In this document: positions 19,789 to 24,592 of the stretch, piece by piece
Layout: every line of letters starts with the position of its first letter
Numbering within the stretch: position 1 is the first letter of the stretch
From: Armatimonadota bacterium
GTDB taxonomy: Bacteria; Sysuimicrobiota; Sysuimicrobiia; Sysuimicrobiales; Kaftiobacteriaceae
DNA length: 24,592 bases
NCBI GenBank assembly: GCA_037440005.1
Contig: JBBIUY010000040.1
Span: 1 to 24,592 of the forward strand
Direction of reading: 5' to 3'
Translations under genes and position numbers: made by a program
The notes under the pieces: generated by a model
Database searches by the model: none
Seen by the model: the letters and a program-made list of their open reading frames with translations, nothing else
Told to the model about the DNA's origin: nothing

Positions 19789-19799
19789 GCTGATATAAT
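19771..19799 (+). promoter_or_regulatory. Strong sigma70 promoter of tRNA-Arg
   Basis: TTGAGC (19771-76), 17 nt, perfect TATAAT (19794-99) with extended -10 TG at 19791-92. Confidence 0.85.
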
Positions 19800-19840
19800 T
19801 CCCTGTGCGCGCCGGGGAACCATGCCGGCGCGGTGCGCCC

Positions 19841-19916
19841 GCGCCCGTAGCTCAGCGGATAGAGCGTCGGCCTCCGGAGCCGAAGGTCAGGGGTTCAAAT
19901 CCCTTCGGGCGCGCCA
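19841..19916 (+). tRNA. tRNA-Arg(CCG)
   Basis: 76 nt; acceptor GCGCCCG/CGGGCGC, D arm GCTC/GAGC, anticodon arm TCGGC-CTCCGGA-GCCGA, T loop TTCAAAT, encoded CCA. Confidence 0.97.
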
Positions 19917-19955
19917 GAGATGGTGGGGCGCCCCGTCAGGGGCGCCATCTCTTTT
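19917..19955 (+). terminator. Intrinsic terminator-like hairpin after the tRNA (repeated at 20163-20201 and partly at 20242-20276)
   Basis: GAGAT..GGCGCCCC-GTCA-GGGGCGCC-ATCTC followed by TTTT. Confidence 0.65.
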
Positions 19956-20310
19956 CCCTCTCCCCCGGGGAGAGGGCGCGGGGTGAGGGCAAAACACCAA
20001 CCGCCCCCAATCCGGGATTTGAACCCCTGACCTGAGGGGGGTGCGGGGGAGCGCCAGCTCCCCCAGGTGGTCAGGGGTGGTTCGGAGGGGCCAGCCCCTC
20101 CGAGGAGCGCACAGCGCTGCTGTGCGCGACGGTCAGGGGTTCAAATCCCTTCGGGCGCGCCAGAGATGGCGGAGCGCCCCGTTAGGGGCGCCATCTCTTT
20201 TCCCTCTCCCCCGGGGAGAGGGCGCGGGGTGAGGGCCCGGCGGTGGAGCGCCCCGTCAGGGGCGCCATCCTCTTTTCCCTCTCCCTCAGGGAGAGGGTGC
20301 AGGGTGAGGG
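19956..20310. repeat. Three 34-bp REP-like palindromes CCCTCTCCC-N3-GGGAGAGGG-N4-GGGTGAGGG
   Basis: Copies at 19956-19989, 20202-20235 and 20277-20310; differences fall only in the 3-nt loop and the 4-nt spacer. Confidence 0.85.
20014..20149. repeat. 19-bp perfect inverted repeat (antisense and sense tRNA variable-loop/T-arm) enclosing three hairpins
   Basis: GGGATTTGAACCCCTGACC (20014-32) pairs with GGTCAGGGGTTCAAATCCC (20131-49); internal stems at 20045-64, 20082-103 and 20107-27. Confidence 0.85.
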
Positions 20311-20316
20311 CCCGGT

Positions 20317-20832
20317 TCACGCACGGTCACCGCCGCCCCTTCCCTCCCTGTGCAGCCGGACGATCTGGCGGATGGCTCCCAGGTGGTAGCCTCCGTGGCC
20401 CACCAGCGCCAGCACTCCCCACAGCGTGTCGCGGTCCGACCAGTCCTGCCGGTCGCGGATGGCCTGCAGGAACCGGCGGTGTTGCTCCCGCAGCGCCGCC
20501 CGCAGCCGGTCCCACCCCGGACCGTCCACGACCTGCGTCCGCCAGCTCCCGGCCCAGTCGGCGGCCGCGTAGGCCTCTTCACCGGACAGAGCGCGGGTAG
20601 CCAGTTCCAGGGAGTACCGCAGGTGCTCGGCGTGAGCGGCGATGGTGTTCATGCCGGGACCCGGGGGGCGGGACGCCACCTCGGCCGGGACGCCGTCCAG
20701 AGTCCCCAGGACTCCGGAGCCGGGTTCGTTGCTCGTCACCCAGGTGATGCGCGGATCCGGAGGCCCCACGTGGATCTCCTCCAACAGGACTTCCACGGCC
20801 TCCACGAACCGCTCGCGGGAAATGCCCTCCAT
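20317..20832 (-). CDS. DinB/YfiT family protein
   Basis: Start ATG 20832 after GAGGAGG; His-triad-type motifs 'NTIAAHAEHL' and 'HGGYHLGAIRQI'. Confidence 0.8.
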   Translation of the reverse strand: MEGISRERFVEAVEVLLEEIHVGPPDPRITWVTSNEPGSGVLGTLDGVPAEVASRPPGPGMNTIAAHAEHLRYSLELATRALSGEEAYAAADWAGSWRTQVVDGPGWDRLRAALREQHRRFLQAIRDRQDWSDRDTLWGVLALVGHGGYHLGAIRQIVRLHREGRGGGDRA

Positions 20833-21092
20833 CGTCCACCTCCTCAGGGTCCGGATCCAGAGCCGCCCGCGTGGGCTGTGTTCCACCCGCGACGGCGCAC
20901 CCCTGCGGTGACAGTCACCCACGCGAGGGGATAACCTTTCATTTATGACACATCTGGAGGCTGCTGAGAGGTCGCTAATTTCTCTGGCGCATCACAGGCA
21001 AGGGCAAGTTGACTTTGATGCTGCGTGGATTCTCCGGCTGGCGCGCAGTTCTCTGCGGCGGCTCACAGGGAAAGTGCAAACGCAGCTGCACG

Positions 21093-21109
21093 TCGGCACG
21101 CGGATTGCT
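21093..21109 (+). promoter_or_regulatory. Putative sigma54 (-24/-12) promoter
   Basis: TCGGCACGCGGATTGCT versus consensus YTGGCACG-N4-TTGCW; GG at 21095-96 and GC at 21107-08 are separated by exactly 10 nt. Predicted +1 (~21120) is just upstream of the riboswitch. Confidence 0.6.
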
Positions 21110-21126
21110 CCCACGAGCCGCGGAGT

Positions 21127-21316
21127 CCTCACAACCGATAACGGCAAACCCGCCGCGAGGCGGGGGCGCAAAGCCACGGGACTCTCCGGTGGCGTTGGAG
21201 CGCCGGGACGTTGACGCGTTGAGACTGGATAGGGGTGCGACGGTCCAACGTTCCAACGCTCCAACGGTCCAACGTTTCAACGGTCCAGGGAGTCAGCCGG
21301 GCTGCCGAAGGTGGGG
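21127..21316 (+). ncRNA. Cyclic di-GMP-I (GEMM-I) riboswitch with a ~100-nt insertion in P3
   Basis: 5' half GGCAAAC-CCGCC-GCGA-GGCGG-GGGCGCAAAGCCACGGGACTC (21143-84); 3' half GAGTCAGCCGGGCTGCCGAAG (21290-310). P3 stem GACTCTC/GGGAGTC. Lies directly upstream of an HD-GYP gene. Confidence 0.9.
21192..21283. repeat. Inverted arrays of the TCCAACGN 8-mer inside the riboswitch
   Basis: Reverse-orientation units gcgttgga/gcgccggg/acgttgac/gcgttgag (21192-223); forward units tccaacgt/tccaacgc/tccaacgg/tccaacgt/ttcaacgg (21244-283). Confidence 0.85.
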
Positions 21317-23596
21317 ATGGCCATCGGCAACCGCCGTCATACCCGCGCCGCCTCTCCTTCGGCCGCAGGGGGGCGGCCGGTGGGGTCACCTGGTGTCCGC
21401 AGAGGATCCGGTTCCCGGACCGGAAGACGCGCCAGGCGGGCAGAACAGAGCCGGGCGCGGCGGGGCGCAGAGCAGACCTGCCTGGTGGACCTGTCGGCCA
21501 GGTTGCTGGCCGCGGACAGCGCTCAGGAGGTCATGGATCTCGCCGTCCAGACGGCTGCCACGGCCCTGGGGGCGCCTGTGGTGGGCCTGCGGCTGGTCGA
21601 CGACAGCGGCCGGTGGCTCGTGCTGCGGGCGGGGCGGGGGTGGCCGCCTGGTAGCATCGGCATCCACCGCGCGCCGGTCGCGGGAGACGTGGGGCTGTCG
21701 GGGTACGTGTTCCAGACCCGCACCCCCCTGGTCGTCCCCGATATCCGGGCTCACCCGCACCTGCGCCCCCGGATGCTGATCGCCCGGCTGGGCATGCGCA
21801 GCGGGCTGGCGGTCCCCATGGTCGCCGGCGACCGGGTCATCGGCACCATGTCCGCCGCCGCCCGCGAGGTGGGCAGGTTCACCCCCGACGACGCCCGCCT
21901 GCTGTCCCTCATCGCCAACGGCACCGCCCTGGCGCTGCAGCGGGTGGAGCTCCTGCAGTCGCTGCGCCGGCGCGTCGCCGAACTGGACCTCCTGCACGCC
22001 GTCGGCGCCGCCAGCGCCCGGACGACGGGCGTGGAGGAGACGCTGCTGGCCGTCATCCGACAGATCAAGGAGAAGCTGGGCTACGAGCATCTGTGGATCC
22101 TGCTGGTGGAGGGCGGCCGCCTGCGGGTGCGGGCGACCGACGAGGCCACCCGGACGCAGATCCTCGATCTCCCCCTGGGCGTGGGCCTCACCGGATGGGC
22201 CGCTCAACACGGCGAGCCCGTCCTAGTCCCCGACGTCACGGCAGACCCCCGGTACGTGCAGGGGGTCGCCGGTACCCGCTCAGAACTGTGCGTCCCGTTG
22301 CGGGTGGACGGACGGACCATCGGGGTGATCAACGCCGAAAGCCCCCGCCCGCGCGCCTTCTCCGAGGACGACCTGCGGGTGCTCACCACCGTGGCCGGGG
22401 AGGTGGCCGCCCTGGTGGAACGCGCCCGGCTGATCGACGAGCTCGACCGGCGCGTCCGCGAGCTGTCCGCTCTGGCTCAGGCCAGCACTGCCCTGCGGGG
22501 CGCGGAGACCCAGGAGGACCTGGCCGCAAAGGTGACCGAGCAGGCCTCGCGCCTGGTGGACGCCGACGCGGCGATGCTGTGCATGGCCGACCCCGACCGG
22601 CACGGGATCACTGTGCTCGCCGCCGCCGGTCTGCCCGGCGCCGTGGGCCGGCGCCACGGCCTCGCCGAAGGGATCTCCGGGCGGGTGCTGCGCACCGACA
22701 CCGCGTACCGCTGCGCCGACCTGGCGTCCGACCCGCTCGTGGTCCACCGGGACGCGGTGCAAGGACTGGGCCCCGCCCTGTGCCTGCCCTTGCGCACCAC
22801 CTCGGGTCAGGTGGTCGGCACGCTGCTCGTGGCGCGGAGACGGCAGACGTCGCCGCGCCCGTTTGGCGAGGACGAGGAACGCGCGCTGGACACCCTCGCC
22901 GAAATCGCCGCCAACGCCCTCGCCCGAGCGACGGCCAGTCAGGCGCTGGAGGAGTCCTACCTCCAGCTCGTCCTGGCCCTGGCCAACGCCGTGGACGCCC
23001 GCGACGCCTACACCGCCGAGCACAGCCGCCGCCTGGCCGACCTGGCGGTGGCCACCGGGCGTGCGCTGGGGTGCGACGACGCGACCCTGCAGGTGCTGCG
23101 CTGGGGGGCTCTGTTGCACGACATCGGCAAGATCGCCGTCCCCGACGCCGTCCTCCGCAAACCCGGCCCGCTGAGCCCCGACGAGTGGGACGTCGTGCGC
23201 AGCCATCCGGAGGTGGGAGCCCGGATCGTCGCTCCGGTCCGGCGCCTGCAGCCGGTGGTCTCGGTCATCCGCCACCACCAGGAGCGGTGGGACGGGACCG
23301 GCTATCCCGACGGCCTGCGGGGCGAGGCCATCCCTCTTCCCGCCCGCATCCTCGCCGCCGCCGACGCCTACGTGGCCATGACCGACGCCCGACCCTACCG
23401 GCCGGCGCGCTCCCCCGAGGAGGCGGTGACCGAACTGCGCCGGTGTGCGGGCAGCCAGTTCGACCCGGCGGTGGTGGACGCGCTCTGCCGGGTGCTGGAG
23501 AGTCTATCCGCGCCCTTGTGGGGTCCTGCGCCCTCCGGCGGTACGGCCGTCGGCGGGTGCCCGAGGGGCGGAGCGGCGTCTGATGACGGCAGGTGA
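21317..23596 (+). CDS. 3xGAF + HD-GYP cyclic di-nucleotide phosphodiesterase
   Basis: Three GAF repeats (e.g. LAVPM..GDRVIG, SELCVPL..GRTIGVI, LCLPL..GQVVGTL); YTAEHS, LLHDIGK, HP, HHQERWDGTGYPDGL, IPLPARILAAAD, RPYR. Start uncertain because the first ~50 aa are low complexity. Confidence 0.92.
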   Translation: MAIGNRRHTRAASPSAAGGRPVGSPGVRRGSGSRTGRRARRAEQSRARRGAEQTCLVDLSARLLAADSAQEVMDLAVQTAATALGAPVVGLRLVDDSGRWLVLRAGRGWPPGSIGIHRAPVAGDVGLSGYVFQTRTPLVVPDIRAHPHLRPRMLIARLGMRSGLAVPMVAGDRVIGTMSAAAREVGRFTPDDARLLSLIANGTALALQRVELLQSLRRRVAELDLLHAVGAASARTTGVEETLLAVIRQIKEKLGYEHLWILLVEGGRLRVRATDEATRTQILDLPLGVGLTGWAAQHGEPVLVPDVTADPRYVQGVAGTRSELCVPLRVDGRTIGVINAESPRPRAFSEDDLRVLTTVAGEVAALVERARLIDELDRRVRELSALAQASTALRGAETQEDLAAKVTEQASRLVDADAAMLCMADPDRHGITVLAAAGLPGAVGRRHGLAEGISGRVLRTDTAYRCADLASDPLVVHRDAVQGLGPALCLPLRTTSGQVVGTLLVARRRQTSPRPFGEDEERALDTLAEIAANALARATASQALEESYLQLVLALANAVDARDAYTAEHSRRLADLAVATGRALGCDDATLQVLRWGALLHDIGKIAVPDAVLRKPGPLSPDEWDVVRSHPEVGARIVAPVRRLQPVVSVIRHHQERWDGTGYPDGLRGEAIPLPARILAAADAYVAMTDARPYRPARSPEEAVTELRRCAGSQFDPAVVDALCRVLESLSAPLWGPAPSGGTAVGGCPRGGAASDDGR

Positions 23597-23628
23597 GGGC
23601 GCCGGGCAGCCCAAAGCTTTCCTGCAGG

Positions 23629-24564
23629 ATGCGCCTGACAGCCAGCGTGACCGTCCTGACCGTCCTCCTGGCCGCTGCGGGGGCCGCCGGCCCCGCGCCC
23701 GGCCCCGGACGGTGGGAGCGGCGCGCACCGATGCTCTCCGAGCGCACCGAGGTGGCCGGCGCCGCCCTGGGCGGGCGGATCTACATCGTGGGCGGGCTGA
23801 CGCCCACGGGCGTGACCGACGCGGTGGAAGAGTACGCCCCCCAGTCGGACACCTGGCGCGCGCGGGCGCCGCTGCCCGTCCGGGTCCACCACGCCGCGGC
23901 GGTGGCCGCGGGCGGCCGCCTGTTTGTCCTGGGAGGATTCGACCCGGCCTGGAGGCCGCTGGCCGGTGTCTTCGAGTACGATCCCGCGGCCGACCGCTGG
24001 CGGCCCCGCGCCCCGCTGCCCACCCCCCGGGGAGCCCTGGCCGCCGCGGCCGTGGACGGGCTGATCGTGGCCGTCGGCGGCGTGGGCCCCGACGGCGACG
24101 TGGCGGTCACCGAGGTCTACGACCCGGCTCTGGACCGGTGGACGTCCCGAACACCCATGAGCGCGGCCCGCGACCACCTGGGAGCCGTCGCGGTGGAGGG
24201 GAAGATCTACGTCTTCGGAGGACGGGTGAGCGGGCGCAACCTGCCGGTGACGGAGGTCTACGACCCGGCGGCCGACCGGTGGCTGAGCCTCCCGCCGATG
24301 CCGACGCCCCGCAGCGGGTACGGAGCGGCGGCGGTGGGCCCGCGCATTTTCGTCATGGGCGGCGAGCTCGGTCGTCCGTCCACCTACCCGCACAACGAGG
24401 AGTTCGATACGCGCACGCGCACCTGGGCGTCCCGCGCGCCCATGCCAACCCCCCGCCACGGCCTGGCAGCGGTGGCCCTGGGAGGGCGGATTTTCGCCCT
24501 GTCCGGCGGCCCGCGTCCGGGCGGGTCCTACAGCGCCACCAACGAGGTCTACACTCCAGACTAG
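23629..24564 (+). CDS. Secreted Kelch-repeat beta-propeller protein
   Basis: Start ATG 23629 with signal-peptide-like MRLTASVTVLTVLLAAAGAAG; six Kelch repeats (GG...E.YDP..D.W....MPTPR). Confidence 0.88.
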   Translation: MRLTASVTVLTVLLAAAGAAGPAPGPGRWERRAPMLSERTEVAGAALGGRIYIVGGLTPTGVTDAVEEYAPQSDTWRARAPLPVRVHHAAAVAAGGRLFVLGGFDPAWRPLAGVFEYDPAADRWRPRAPLPTPRGALAAAAVDGLIVAVGGVGPDGDVAVTEVYDPALDRWTSRTPMSAARDHLGAVAVEGKIYVFGGRVSGRNLPVTEVYDPAADRWLSLPPMPTPRSGYGAAAVGPRIFVMGGELGRPSTYPHNEEFDTRTRTWASRAPMPTPRHGLAAVALGGRIFALSGGPRPGGSYSATNEVYTPD

Positions 24565-24592
24565 CGGCCGCCGCAGCGATCCGCGTCTAGAC

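Larger units (their letters stand above)
19885..20236 (+). repeat. 106-bp direct repeat (19885-19990 and 20131-20236) comprising tRNA 3' 32 nt, terminator and REP-like palindrome; third partial copy at 20242-20311
   Basis: Manual alignment: 3 mismatches in 106 bp, offset 246 bp. Confidence 0.92.

Noticed and set aside
20131..20162. Second tRNA-Arg gene
   Set aside because: Only the 3' 32 nt are present; there is no D arm, anticodon arm or 5' acceptor strand.
19885..20315. Repeats after the tRNA as a CRISPR array
   Set aside because: The units are tRNA, terminator and palindrome sequence with irregular spacing; there are no unique equal-length spacers and no cas genes.
20984..21014. Additional promoter candidates (TGGCGC-N7-GCA at 20985-21000; TTGACT at 21009-14)
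   Set aside because: The first lacks the TT before the -12 GC; the second has no -10 box at 16-18 nt.
21141..21150. Riboswitch as the 3',3'-cGAMP-sensing (GEMM-Ib) variant
   Set aside because: The position equivalent to G20 is G (GGCAAAC), the c-di-GMP signature; cGAMP variants typically have A there.
20945..21389. Small ORFs across the DinB-HD-GYP intergenic region (20945-21214+, 20975-21280-, 20992-21264-, 21129-21389-)
   Set aside because: They have atypical codon usage and run through the promoter, riboswitch and 8-mer arrays; periodic peptides such as 'ERWTV' are just translations of the repeat.

Overview
Very GC-rich bacterial chromosomal segment; the gene content is compatible with an Armatimonadota-like thermophile, but that is inference only. 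Positions 1-11.4 kb hold a divergent TCA-cycle cluster. The leftward unit is icd-mdh-sucC-(secreted alkaline-phosphatase-superfamily gene)-sucD-holin-like gene. The rightward unit is a FadR/GntR regulator-fumC-three-subunit succinate dehydrogenase of the mycobacterial Sdh1 type, preceded by a clear sigma70 promoter and a perfect FadR-type operator. Positions 11.4-19.8 kb carry a PduO-type adenosyltransferase, an S9 peptidase, a metallophosphoesterase, an MFS transporter, a YbaK-family gene, small hypotheticals and a full-length but motif-degenerate DnaB paralog. At 19.8-20.3 kb, tRNA-Arg(CCG) is followed by a 246-bp duplication unit: it repeats the tRNA 3' end, terminator and a REP-like palindrome, and contains an antisense copy of the T-arm that closes a multi-hairpin structure. 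Positions 20.3-24.6 kb hold a DinB-family gene, a putative sigma54 promoter, a c-di-GMP-I riboswitch, a 3xGAF-HD-GYP phosphodiesterase and a secreted Kelch protein. The riboswitch P3 loop is expanded by about 100 nt of inverted 8-mer (TCCAACGN) arrays, and the same 8-mer forms a tandem array between icd and mdh. The most unusual signals are the repeat-expanded riboswitch with its dispersed 8-mer family, the tRNA-derived mini-element and the divergent DnaB.
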